Source: Octopus vulgaris
Lineage: Eukaryota
Length of the DNA: 64,000 nt
Assembly: GCA_951406725.2 (NCBI GenBank)
Contig: OX597839.1
Span: 32,860,001 to 32,924,000 of the forward strand
Direction of reading: 5' to 3'
Under the pieces are notes generated by a model. It saw only the letters and a list, made by a program, of their open reading frames with translations, made no database searches and had not been told where the DNA came from. Positions 1 through 13,235 of the stretch are shown here, one piece after another. Positions within the stretch are counted from its first letter, which is position 1, and each line of letters starts with the position of its first letter. A program made the translations under genes and the position numbers.

Positions 1-373
1 TCAGACTGGAGCCTGGTGCAGCCTTCTGGCTTCCCAGATCCCCTGTCAAACCGTCCAACCCATGCTAGCATGGAGAACGGACGTTAAACGATGATGATGA
101 TGATGATGAATAAAATATTTAGAAAATATTAGCTTTTATTAAAACTAAAAATTTTATTACTTTTATTTGTTATTACTTGTTACTTCTATTAAAAAGAAAA
201 AAATAACTCAAAATATTTTTTTGCATCTTAAAAACATTCATTTTTTAAAAATTATTAATTAATAATTAGAAATTTGAAAATAGGTTATAAAAATAATAGT
301 AGTACATAATTAGTTAGTACAATAAACAGAATAATACAGAAAAATTAGCTATATTTTACAGTAAAATCTACCT

Positions 374-768
374 ATAAGGAGTGGCTGTGTGGTAAGTAGC
401 TTGCTTACCAACCAAATGGTTCCGGGTTCAGTCGCACTGTGTGGCACCTTGGGCAAGTGTCTTCTACTATAGCCCCGGGCCGACCAAAGCCTTGTGAGTG
501 GATTTGGTAGACGGAAACTGAAAGAAGCCCGTCGTATATATGTATATATATGTATGTGCGTGTATGTTTGTGTGTCTGTGTTTGTCCCCCTAGCATTGCT
601 TGACAACCGATGCTGGTGTGTTTATGTCCCCGTCACTTAGCGGTTCGGCAAAAGAGACCGATAGAATAAGTACTGGGCTTACAAAAGAATAAGTCCCAGG
701 GTCGAGTTGCTCAATTAAAGGCGGTGCTCCAGCATGGCCACAGTCAAATGACTGAAACAAGTAAAAGA
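374..768 (+). mobile_element. tRNA-derived SINE family 1, with internal (TA)n(TG)n
   Basis: Head TGGCTGTGTGGTAAG...GGTTCAGTC (Pol III A/B-box-like) and tail 'gactgaaacaagtaaaagag'. More than 15 related full or partial copies in the window. Confidence 0.85.
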
Positions 769-1015
769 CATAACAACAAATTCACAATTAAATTTGCTTG
801 AGCTATTGCCAAAGTTCTTGCCAAGTCTTCACATTATCTGTCTTGACCCAATGCCTATTTCTTACATAATAAATTTGCCTGCCCTGTATACTATTCTATT
901 TTGCATAAAACTTTAGCTATATTGGTACTTCTGTCTCTCATTTTTTAAGTATTCTTGTGTGTCGATATTTTAACAGAGTGATGGTACCTTTTTTAATTAT
1001 AATGTTACTTGTGCA

Positions 1016-1409
1016 GTTACTGTTTACATCTCGTTCAGAGATTTATTATTGTTTGCAGACAGTTTTTCGATATCAATGACGGAAGTTACTGGAAAAACAA
1101 TAAATAAAGATTTGCAAACGGTCTCCCTTTATCGAAAACCAGGGACTGCCGTACGCCGAAGACGGGTAAATACCTCGAAACTGCAGGCCATGCGTATCAC
1201 TTAGTTTTACGAGAGAGGGATGACCTCCCTTTGCAAATACCATAAGTCCACAGAAAGTGTGCCTAAAGCCAGCTGGAGACGATGATCTCCTGGGGCTAAA
1301 AGCTACAGTAACACCCACCCTTAGTGGTTAGCCACACTGAGATGGCTAGTATACTTTACGTTGTCGAGCGGTTACTGTTTACATCTCGTTCAGAGATTTA
1401 TTATTGTTT
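1016..1409 (+). mobile_element. Related pLTR/retrozyme-like element with degenerate hammerhead
   Basis: 39-bp perfect direct repeats (1016-1054, 1371-1409). Internal blocks resemble the 24.4-24.9 kb element. Hammerhead-like remnant at 1152-1196. Confidence 0.5.
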
Positions 1410-1969
1410 AATATCAAATCATTTTTAATATTCAAATTTTATCCTTAGCTGCAGTATTTTAAGTAAAAATGTTCTTATTCTGTACTTTATCAGATAACTA
1501 ACTAATGGATGGTACATTCAGGGCAAGTTATTAGGGTAACTACTGTACCCTAATAACTTGCCCTGAATGTACCACCCATTAGTTCACTCTCTCCATCAAA
1601 TCGCTGTTGTCTGAACAGGTGTGCAGTGTGCCACGGGTCAGGTGACAAAGTAATCGCTGGACAACATGAGATGAAGTGTCTTGCTCAAGAAGGCAATGCA
1701 ATGCACTGCCCGATCCAGGAATTGAAACCACAATCTTGCAACCGTGAGTGCAACATGGGGAGATACGAGATAGCCCATTCAGAAACATATAAACATTGTT
1801 TACTTCCCTTTAAGATTTCTTATTTGTGTTTTGGTGTCAACATGGTTGCCACTCCAAATGTGACCTTGTCACAGATACGTGCACACACACACACACACGT
1901 TATATGTCCATGTTCTTCTATCTCTTTCTGTTATATAATATGTTATTCGTGTGATTTTTATTTCTGCAG

Positions 1970-2033
1970 GCGTTTCAGTGAAACGGACAGTCATACATCC
2001 AGCAACGAATTTACAGACAGCGACAGTGATGAC
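1970..2033 (+). CDS. CFAP100: CFAP100/CCDC37-family gene, internal exon A (RFSETDSHTSSNEFTDSDSDD)
   Basis: Acceptor tttctgcAG (1968-1969) and donor GTAAGT (2034). Ends in phase 0, compatible with exon B. An acidic DSDSDD tract precedes the 'ELYF' block, as I recall for this family. Confidence 0.7.
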
Positions 2034-2053
2034 GTAAGTGAGAGCCTATACAG

Positions 2054-2097
<44 letters not shown>

Positions 2098-2121
2098 TAC
2101 GATCTTAGACAGCTACATGAA

Positions 2122-2213
2122 TACACACACACACACACACAGAGTCACACTCTTACACACACACACACACACACACACAGAGTCACACTCTTACACACAC
2201 ACACAGAGTCACA

Positions 2214-2251
<38 letters not shown>

Positions 2252-2431
2252 CACACTCTTACACACACACACACACACAGAGAGTCACTCTTACACACAC
2301 ACACACAGAGTCACACTCTTACACACACACACAGAGTCACACTCTTACACACACACACACAGTCACATTCTTACACACACACACACACACAGAGTCACAC
2401 TCTTACACACACACACACACACACAGAGTCA

Positions 2432-2467
<36 letters not shown>

Positions 2468-2941
2468 CACTCTTACACACACACACGCACACACAGAGTT
2501 ACTCTTACACACACACACACACACACACAGTTACACTCTTACACACACACAGAGTCACTCTTACACACACACACAGAGTCACACTCTTACACACACACAC
2601 ACACACACACACAGAGTCACACTCTTACACACACACACAGAGTCACACTCTTACACACACACACACAGTCACATTCTTACACACACACACACACACAGAG
2701 TCACACTCTTACACACACACACACACACACACACAGAGTCACACACACACACAGTCACACTCTTACGCACACACACACACACAGAGAGTCACTCTTACAC
2801 ACACACACACACACACACAGAGTCACTCTTACACACACACACGCACACACACAGAGTTACTCTTACACACACACACACACACACACAGTTACACTCTTAC
2901 ACACACACAGAGTCACTCTTACACACACACACAGAGTCACA

Positions 2942-2979
<38 letters not shown>

Positions 2980-3239
2980 CACACTCTTACACACACACAC
3001 ACACAGAGTCACTCTTACACACACACACAGAGTCACACTCTTACACACACACACACACACAGAGTCACTCTTACACACACACACAGAGTCACACTCTTAC
3101 ACACACACACACACACACAGAGAGTCACTCTTACACACACACACACACACACAGAGTCACACTCTTACACACACACACAGAGTCACACTCTTACACACAC
3201 ACAGTCACATTCTTACACACACACACACACAGAGTCACA

Positions 3240-3275
<36 letters not shown>

Positions 3276-3325
3276 CACACTCTTACACACACACACACAC
3301 ACTCACACACACACACACACACAGA
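2122..3325. repeat. Compound minisatellite: (CA)n spaced by GAGTCA(CA)CTCTTA
   Basis: Dozens of units, explaining the His/Thr-rich ORFs. Confidence 0.95.
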
Positions 3326-3914
3326 CAGACATGTTGTCCCACATACATTGTAACAAAGCTGCTATAAGTTGTGATATCTATATCATGTTCTCATACAGAT
3401 ACCTGACTATACACACGCACACAGACACTCACACATACACACACACACATTCACAAGCACACATGTACAACTACACACACATGCACACACATCGTTTACA
3501 GTAACGAGGGTTCCAGTTGATCCAATCAACAGAACAGCTTGCTCGTGAAATTTACATGAAAGTGGCTGAGTACTCCACAGACATTGCATACCCTTAATGT
3601 AGTCTCAGGGAGATTCAGTGTGCCATAGAGTGTGACAAGGGTGGCCCTTGTGAATTGCAGGTACAAACTCATTTTTACCAGTCAAGTGGACTGGAGCGAC
3701 ATGAAGTAAAGTGTCTTGCCTAAGGGAATTGAACCCACAACCTTATAATCATGACCGAAATACACTAACCACTAAACCACACGCTCTCACACACATATAC
3801 ACACACACACTTACATGTGCCTACATGCATACACATACACATATATACACACACACACATATACACATACATACACATACACACTTAGATGTGCCTACAT
3901 ACACATATACACAC

Positions 3915-3960
<46 letters not shown>

Positions 3961-4418
3961 AGGTGGTGCTATTAAGTTAGACATGGCCTGGGCCAATAAT
4001 GGCCGAAACCTATCAAAGTATCAAAGTAAGTATATATATATACACCTACATACACACCCACATGCACACTGTGACAGTGATGATGTAAGCCATGGAATCT
4101 TCATTATGATCTCATAGAATCAAATGAATACACACGCACACACATAAGCACATATATGCACATACATACATGCATACGCATGAATACACACACACACACA
4201 GATACATACTCAAACACACGCATAGACAGATGCACACACATATATTCAACAACATACACGCTCTCACACAGGCATGAAAACACACACACACACATCCACA
4301 CAGATTTTCTTAGCATTTTCTTAGCATTTTCCTCCTCTTTTGGTTTTGGGAGAAATGCAAAGCCATTTCTCCAGCCATATTTTGCCAAAGTCTCCAAGAC
4401 TGAAGTCTCTTTGTCTAA

Positions 4419-4829
<411 letters not shown>

Positions 4830-5023
4830 TAAGAACACAGGACAGATACGATGCCATGACGACAATTTCGGTCGTTTTCCGTTCTTTTTAGTGTTGTTAT
4901 TGCTGTTGTTGTTTGTTTAACCCCAGGTCAATGATAGAGGAGAAGTAGGCTGTAATCAAAGGCTTTCCAACCATGACCTTACTCTTCTAATACACAATGC
5001 ATCTAACATCTCATTGTTTTTAT

Positions 5024-5470
5024 CCTCCTCCCCTTCACTCTTCCCTTCTTCCTCATCCTCCCCTTCCTTTCCTCCCCTTCTTTCCTTCTTCTTCCTCATC
5101 CTCCCCTATTCCTCCTTCCTCCTCCTCCCCTTCCTTTCCTCCCCTCCTTTCCTTCCTCTTCTCCCTCATCCTCCCCTATTCCTCCTTCCCCCTCTTCCCC
5201 TTCCTTTCCTCCCCTCCTTTCCTTCCTCTTCTTCCTCATCCTCCCCTATTCCTCCTTCCTCCTCCTCCCCTTCCTTTCTTCCCCTTCTTTCCTTCTTCTT
5301 TCTCATCCTTCCCTATTCCTCCTTCCTCCTCTTCCCCTTCCTTTCCTCCCCTCCTTTCCTTCTTCTTCCTTATCCTCCCCTATTCCTCCTTCCTCCTCCT
5401 CTCCTTCCTTTCCTCCCCTTGTTTTCTTCTTGCCCCCCCCCTTCTCCTTTTCCCTTCTCCTCTCTTCTTT
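5024..5470. repeat. Polypyrimidine (C/T) tandem repeat
   Basis: Repeated 'catcctcccctattcctccttcctcctc...' units. Confidence 0.9.
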
Positions 5471-5762
5471 TTTTGTTACCCCCTCCTCCACCTCCTCCAT
5501 TTTGTGTCCACTTCCTCCCTATCTTCCCCCCTCCACCTCCTCTTATTCCAACCGATGACAGAATTCAAACCTAAATGGTCCACAACAGACACCACAAGGT
5601 ATCAGTCCTCCTCTCCCCACTCCCCCCCCACAATTCCATCCACCACTTCCTCACCAGAATAGTTCCATTGATTTCATACCAGTTATACCTCAGGCACCAT
5701 TAAATTAAACAAGAAACGATACTGTTATGATTCATGGTCCCTATTATATTTTTTTTTTTCAG

Positions 5763-5861
5763 GGAGAAAGAAACCTGGTCCCTTAAAGACCAAATTGAGA
5801 AGACCAAAGTTAAAATACAAGAAGAAGAAGAAATGGCAGCGGATCTTGAAATGAAAGTAAA
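5763..5861 (+). CDS. CFAP100: CFAP100 exon C (EKETWSLKDQIEKTKVKIQEEEEMAADLEMKV)
   Basis: Poly-T + cAG acceptor, GTAAGT donor, phase 2 to 2. Coiled-coil peptide matching the family 'EE..AA.LE.K' segment. Not in the ORF track (short exon). Confidence 0.88.
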
Positions 5862-6828
5862 GTAAGTTAACATGGAGTTGATCCATGGGATTAAGAAGAA
5901 TCTGCAGGGTGGGCACCATTGGATTTGATTACATTCAGCTTTGAACTAAATTTTAATGAGAAGTGGTTATAAAAACACTATGTGAGTCATAACTTATAAA
6001 AAAACATATGAGTCCTATCTTATGATCTGAGTGATTGTTCACCTGTTATACTTTAGTTAGAGAGGTGGAGGTAGAGGGAGAAGGAGGTGAAGAGTGTGAG
6101 TATAGAAGAAAGAAGTAGAGAAAGAGGTATAAAAAGGTCAAGTGTGTCGAGTGGTTAGTTGAAGGGAGAGGCTAAGAGTGAGAGAAAAAGACAGTGAAAG
6201 AAAAGAGGGAGAAAGCAGTGTTAAGAATATGCTGTAGGGTGGGGAAGGAAAGATAGAGAGAAAGAGATATGTTTAGGATACAATATTTAGCAGAGGGTGA
6301 TGGTCTGGGTGGTGAAGTTAAAGAAATGGCAGATAAAGAGAGATGGGCAGAGGAGCCAGTTACATTAAGAGAGAGAGAGAGTTAATGAGAAGTGAAGAGA
6401 AAGAGAGAAATGTTAAAGTCATGAGGACAGGAATTACATGGTTAAAAAGTTTGTTGAAGAAGTAGAGGGGGAGAGAGAGAGAGAAATATAGAGTGCTTAG
6501 CAGAGGGAAATTAAAAAATCGTTTAATGTATTATTGTGACTGGAAGTGAAATATTTTGGTCAAATAAACATAAAAATACAGATGGTTCTTTCTTGGGTGG
6601 CTTCTCTCAATCTTTTCTGTTTTGTGGAATTTCCATGGGTCCCATTAGTATAGAATCATCACAGTATATCATGATGACGACTGGACTATTGGATGTTATA
6701 CATCACTAGTCACAATGCACTTTGCAATGATGCCACCTTGCTGGTTAGATGAGCAGGCCAACATTCCTCTTGATCAGAAGGCTATTCCATTACGTGGTTA
6801 GCCATTTACAGCTGAATGGACAAAAGCA

Positions 6829-6864
<36 letters not shown>

Positions 6865-6884
6865 CTATATATATATATATAAAA

Positions 6885-7114
6885 GGTGGCGAGCTGGCAG
6901 AAACGTTAGCACGCCGGGCGAAATGCGTAGCCGTACTTCGTCTGCCGTTACGTTCTGAGTTCAAATTCCGCCGAGGTCGACTTTGCCTTTCATCTTTTCG
7001 GGGTCGATTAAATAAGTACCAGTTACACACTGGGGTCGATATAATGGACTTAATCAGTTTTTCTGTCCTTGTTTGTCCTCTCTGTGTTTAGCCCCTTGTG
7101 GGTAATAAAGAAAT
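6885..7114 (+). mobile_element. SINE family 2
   Basis: GGCGAGCTGGCAGAA...GAGTTCAAATTCC (B box)...tail 'gccccttgtgggtaataaagaaat'. Other copies at 8040-8267, 21448-21666, 27478-27706, 37745-37955(-) and 58283-58503(-). Confidence 0.85.
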
Positions 7115-7719
7115 GTATATATATATATATATTTATATTATATTGAGGGTACTTCTATTCGTAGATACCACACGCTAAGAGGGACCAATGTGGTCAAAAC
7201 TACTAAAATAAACAAAATTTTACCAAATGCAAAACTTCAAAGTGGAAAAATTTACGGATTTTTTCTCTTACAAGGTTTTTCACGCTAACTACTGATAATT
7301 TCTTTTAAAGATTTTATCCTCAATTGTTAATATATATATATATATATATATATACAGAGCAAATAATTCACAAGAAAAATAATTCATGGAATAATAGTTT
7401 GCGAAGATATCATTGTCTCTATTATCATCAAGTGTAACAATTTAAAAATGATAATAACAGGATCAATGATATAGGTGATCAAAGGCTCCCAAAAAGCATT
7501 AAAAAGCTGAAAGACAAGCATATTAAAAGGAGGTCCATGGGAAAACTCATTTTAATAAAAGGATTGGGAACGACTGTTGGGAACCACTATGAAAAGGTTG
7601 GGAATCACTGAGCTATACAAACGTACATGTTTAATAATATTATAATAGAGTTGCTTTTGTTTCTCTGAGGTGTGCAATTTCCAGTCACACCAGCTCATGA
7701 TATTACAAGCCATGAACAT

Positions 7720-8632
7720 ATTCTTTTCTACTCTAGGCACAAGGCCTGAAATGTTGGGGGAGGGGGCCAGTCAACTAAATCGACCCCAGTACACAACTGG
7801 TATTTAATTTATTGGCCACGAAAGGATGAAAAGCAAAGATGACCTCAGCAGAAATTGAACTCAGAACATAAAGACAGAGACAAAATATTGCTAAGCATTT
7901 CGCCCGGCATGCTAACCTTTCTGCCAACTTGCTGCCTTTCAGAATCTTTTCTACTCTAGGCACAAGACCAGAAATTTTGGGGGAGGGGGGGCCAGTCAAC
8001 TAAATCGACCCCAGTACACAACTGGTATTTAATTTATTGCGGCGAGCTGGCTGAAACGTTAGCACGCTGGGCGAAATGCTTAGCGGTATTTCGTCTGCGT
8101 TACATTGTGAGTTCAAATTCCGCCGAGGTCGACTTTGCCTTTCATCCTTTCGGGGTCGATAAATTAAGTACCAGTTGCGCACTGGGGTCGATGTAATCGA
8201 CTTAAACCCTTTGTCTGTCCTTGTTTGTCCCCTCTGTGTTTAGCCCCTTGTGGGTAATAAAGAAATAGGTATTTAATTTATTGGCCACGAAAGGATGAAA
8301 AGCAAAGTTGACCTCAGCAGAATTTGAACTCAGAACATAAAGACAGAGACAAAATATTGCTAAGCATTTCGCCCGGCATGCTAACGATTCTGCCAACTTG
8401 CTGCCTTTCGGAATCTTTTCTACTCTAGGCACAAGGCCAGAAATTTTGGGGGAGGGGGCCAGGAGATTAGATCGACCCCAGTACGCAACTGGTACTCAAT
8501 TTATTGACCCCCAAAAGGATGAAAGGCAAAGTCGACCTCGGTGGAATTTAAACTCAGAACATAAACACAGACAAAATACCACTAAGTATTTCATCCAGTG
8601 TACTAATGATTCTGCCAGCTCACTGCCTTCAG
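7720..8632. mobile_element. Nested/tandem cluster of SINE family 2
   Basis: Three minus-strand copies in tandem, one interrupted by a plus copy with a 16-bp target duplication. Confidence 0.8.
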
Positions 8633-8920
8633 CCATGAACATATTAGGTCATTGGCATGGCTAGGTGACTCACCTTTGACCCTGGTGGTTCATGGTGCTG
8701 ACAAGCCACAAAAATGGTGAAACAAACGGTATCCATCACTCCCAAATGGGATTGAGGGTGAATTATCTCACCTGTTCATGACTCTGAGGTGTTTTAACAC
8801 CAGCCATAATGAGAGTTTATATACACCACTACGCCATTGCAGCCACCAGAAAATACACAAGGCTTATACACTTTTGTATGTATTTAATAATATTTAAACA
8901 TACACACATGCACACACACT

Positions 8921-9325
8921 CATCATCATCATCATCATCGTTTAGCGTCCGCTTTCCATGCTAGCATGGGTTGTACGGTTCAACTGGGGTCTGGGAAGCC
9001 AGAAGGCTGCACCTGGCCCAGTCTGATCTGGCAATGTTTCTATGGCTGGATGCCCTTCCTAATGCCAACCACTCCGTGAGTGTAGTGGGTGCTTTTTACG
9101 TGCCACCGATACAGATGCCAGACGGGGCTGGCAAACGGCCACAATCGGATGGTGCCTTCTATGTGCCACCGGCATGGGGGCCAGACAAGGCTGGCAAACG
9201 GCCACGATCGGATGGTACCTTTTACGTGCCACGGGCACAGGTGCCAGACGAGGCTGGCAAAAGGCCACGATCGGATGGTGCTTTTTACATGCCACCAGCA
9301 CGGGGGCGAGGCGAGGCTGGCAATG
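8921..9325 (-). mobile_element. Retroposon family 3 with (GAT)n tail and internal ~55-60-bp tandem units
   Basis: 'catcatcgtttaRcgtccg...ccatgctagcatgggtt...gatgcccttcctaa'. Copies at 1-108, 11408-11700, 17160-17545, 39525-39935, 42555-42827, 49535-50020, 57495-57810, 59602-59820 and 61667-61805. Confidence 0.75.
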
Positions 9326-9555
9326 CTTACATAAATATATACAAACATACATGCTTGCATATATATACTCTTTACTCTATTATTTGTTTCAGTCATTTGA
9401 CTGTAGTCGTGCTGGAGCACCGCCTTCAGTCGAGCAAATCAACCCCAGGACTTATTCTTTGTAAGCCTGGTACTTATTCTATCGGTCTCTTTTGCAGAAC
9501 CGCTAAGCCTTGTGAGTGGATTTGGTAGACGGGAAACTGAAAGAAGCCCGTCATA

Positions 9556-9604
<49 letters not shown>

Positions 9605-10341
9605 ATATGTTTGTGTGTCTGTGTTTGTCCCCCCAACATCGCTTGACAACTGATGGTGTTGTATTTACGTCCCCATAAATTAGCGGTTCAGCAAAAGAGA
9701 CCGATAGAATAAGTACTTACAAAGAATAAGTCCTGGGGTCAATTTGCTCGACTAAAGGCGGTGCTCCAGCATGGCCACAGTCAAATGACTGAAACAAGTA
9801 AAAAAGAGTATATATATAAATTTAATTAGGGGATGTGTAAACTCCATGAAGGGATGATTTCATCCAAGGAAATACTGGTTCAACACCTAGTATGTTTGGG
9901 GAGTGAATTTCCTTAAAATAATAGGTGTATATATCAAAACATATCGTTTATATTCATTTAAAAGAAGAAATTGGAGATTGGGAAGATAATACCTGTTTAT
10001 TATTAACAGCAAATTGGTCATCTTCACTTACAGCCGTTTCAATTAATTCTCAATAAACAATTATTAACTCAATACACAATTATCAACTTTCAAATCTCAA
10101 TTTTCTTTTCTTCTTTTAGATATATATATATATATATATATAAAAAGTTAATCCAAACAAGAAAGGACAAAAAACACAACGCGAGGACGTGGAACAAATA
10201 TAGTATTATTGGACGCTCAGGAAAGAAGGAGGGTTTAACGTTTCGAGCGGAGCTCTTCGTCCGAAAATAAGGAGAAGGAAAGATCCAGAGAAGGGAAGAC
10301 AGAGGAAAAAAAACCGCCAACGGTACACACGCGGTCACATT

Positions 10342-10376
<35 letters not shown>

Positions 10377-11167
10377 TACACACACATACATACACATACA
10401 TGTGTTGGCGAATTTTCTCCCTCCATCTTCCTTTTCTATTGGGTTTTCCTCTGTCTCCTGTTTTGTGAAGAAGAGCATCTGCTTGAAACGTTAAACCATC
10501 TTTCTTTCTTTCCCTGAGCATCTGCTAATACTTTACATGTACCACATTCTTGTGTTGTTGTTGGTTTTTTCTTGTGTGTTTTGTTCTTCTTTTGGGGGGG
10601 GCTGGGATTTACTATATATTTATATATTTATCAAAATAAAAACATGATGCAAAGGATTTGGTGGTACATATGTTTCTGGCTTTTATTAGACAGTTTATAT
10701 CAATGCATAATTGATATAATATGTATATCAATTAGCCTTCTTCAGCCGCATACAATTACTACTTCAAGGACATGTATTACATTATAAGTTTGTACATTAT
10801 AAGTTTGGGAAAGCAAATCCTCATAGTTGTGTACAACAGAGCGAGGCACCAAAACAAAAACAAAGTGTCCATCCCGTTTTTCACTCGATGTAGAATATAT
10901 ATATATATATATAGGCGCGGGCATGGCTGTGTGGTTAGGGAGCTTGCTTCCTAGCTATATGGTTTCGGGTTCAGTCCCACTGCGTGGCACTTTGGGTAGG
11001 TGTCTTCTACTATAGCCCCGAGCCGACCGAAGCTTTGTGATTGAATTCGGTAGGCGGAAGTTACTGCCGTGTGTGTATATGTGTGTGTAGGTGCTTGTGC
11101 CTCTCCGAAAGAGAGAGAGGGATATCTGCTTCTCTGTTTACCTTGCTGTTCATCTCTTTTGCACCAG

Positions 11168-11287
11168 ATTGTTCTCAGCAAGTGGTAACATGCAGTCGGC
11201 TGACCAAAATTCTATGCTTGAGGAACTAAACAAGAAGGTTGAAGAAGTCTATCGAGGTATTATCGGAAGTAACGAAGCCAACATTGA
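11168..11287 (+). CDS. CFAP100: CFAP100 exon D (LFSASGNMQSADQNSMLEELNKKVEEVYRGIIGSNEANI)
   Basis: ttttgcaccAG acceptor, GTAAGT donor, phase 2 to 2. 'L..LN.KV..VY...IG..EAN' motif. Confidence 0.9.
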
Positions 11288-11406
11288 GTAAGTTTTTAAA
11301 ATTCTTTGCTCTTTACTGTCCAAAAATTCTAAATGCCACTGTCTGTAGAATACCAAAGTTGAGATATCTGTTTGGGTGTACTTTAGATTTTACCAAAAAT
11401 GATCCA

Positions 11407-11454
<48 letters not shown>

Positions 11455-11719
11455 TTCATTTAACGTCCGTTGTCCATGCTGGCATGGGTTGGACGGTTTG
11501 ACCAGGGCTGGTAAGATGAAGGGCTGCACCAGATTCCAGTCTGATTTGGCAAGGTTTCTATGGCTGGATGCTTTCCTTAACGCCAACCACTCCATGTGTG
11601 TAATGGGTGCTTTGCATGCCACTGGCACAGGTGCCATTTGCGTGACATTGGCTTGATGGGTCTTCTTCTTAAGAATGTCACTTGTCATTACTTCTGGGAA
11701 GTCCAGTATTTGGAAGGTG

Positions 11720-12062
11720 ATTTTTATGTGCCACTGGCACCGGGTGCCAGTTATGTGACACCAGCATCAACCACATTGCCTCCATGAGGCCCAACACTTG
11801 AAAAGTGCTTTTTATGTGCCACCAGCACAGGTGCCAGTCATGTGACACCAGTATCAACCACATTGCCTCCATGAGGCCCAACACTAGAAAAGTGCTTTTT
11901 ATGTGCCACCAGCACAGGTGCCAGTCATGTGACACCAGTATCAACCACATTGCCTCCATGAGGCCCAACACTAGAAAAGTGCTTTTTATGTGCCACCAGC
12001 ACAGGTGCCAGTCATGTGACACCAGTATCAACCACATTGCCTCCATGAGGCCCAACACTTGA
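11720..12062. repeat. 87-bp tandem repeat x4
   Basis: 'atgtgcc' recurs at 11814, 11901 and 11988. Derived from the family-3 retroposon interior. Confidence 0.9.
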
Positions 12063-12267
12063 AAACAAAAAAACCAAAAACAAAAATAAAAACACCAATG
12101 CAACTAAGGGTGGACGTTTGAAGCCACTGAGTCATGTCATGTAGTGGTGGTGGGCGAGGAGGGAATGCAGTCGGGTGCATTGTGGTTGGCTGTTGTTTAG
12201 TCTGTGTCTCATTATGTTGATCTGATATGACAGGGATTTAGTTTCGGTGATATCAGTAACATCCGGC

Positions 12268-12868
12268 ACTACCACCAACACCACCACGACCACGACCACC
12301 ACCACCAACACCAACACGACCACCACCACCACCACCAACACCACCACAACCACCACCACCACCAACACCAACACCACCACCACCAACACCAACACCACCA
12401 CGACCACCACCACGACCACCAACACGACCACCACCACAACCACCACCACCACTATCACCAACACCAACACCACCACGACCACCACCACCACCACAACCAC
12501 CAACACCAACACGACCACCACCACAACCACCACCACCACCACTATCACCAACACCACCACGACCACCACCACCAACACCACCACGACCACCACCACCACA
12601 ACCACCAACACCACCACAACCACCAACACCAACACGACCACCACCACCACAACCACCAACACCACCACAACCACTACCACCACCACCAACACCAACACGA
12701 CGACCACCACCACCACCACAACACCACCACAACCACCACAACCACCACTATCACCAACACCACCACAACCACCACCGCCACTACACTATCACCAACACCA
12801 CCACAACCACCACCGCCACTACCACCGCTACCACCAACAACAACACCACCACCACTACCACCACTACC
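12268..12868. repeat. (ACC/AAC)n trinucleotide array
   Basis: Direct inspection. Confidence 0.95.
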
Positions 12869-13116
12869 AGTATTTGAAACCATTATTAATTGTGAATTTG
12901 TTAACGTGTAAGCGATTAATTAATCGAGTGTTTGATTAATCGATCAGTGAGTGAGTCAATCGATTGGCTTGTTCAAAGATTGCTTTGGTCAAAGTCCATT
13001 CGTTGCCATCCATGACCCTCCAGGTCTGCTCAGCTTGGAGGAGCGATTTCTCAGGTTCATGAGGTGGCGATGGCGTGAGGTAGTGGGGTGGGGTGGTGAG
13101 GTGAGGTGATAGAGGG

Positions 13117-13201
13117 ATGGTGATGATGATAATGGTGGTGGCGGTGGTGGTGGTAGTGGTGGTGGTGGTGGTGATGATGATTATGATGACGACAATGATG
13201 A

Positions 13202-13235
<34 letters not shown>

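Noticed and set aside
2122-3325. Repeat-spacer appearance suggesting a CRISPR-like array
   Set aside because: The 'spacers' are only variable-length (CA)n, the context is eukaryotic, and there are no cas genes.
2038-3504. 488-aa and 416-aa His/Thr-rich ORFs
   Set aside because: Translations of a (CA)n minisatellite that begins just after a splice donor.
12132-12939. Thr-rich, Val-rich and Gly-rich ORFs (mucin-like)
   Set aside because: They come from the (ACC)n array, with no signal peptide or unique flanking coding sequence.
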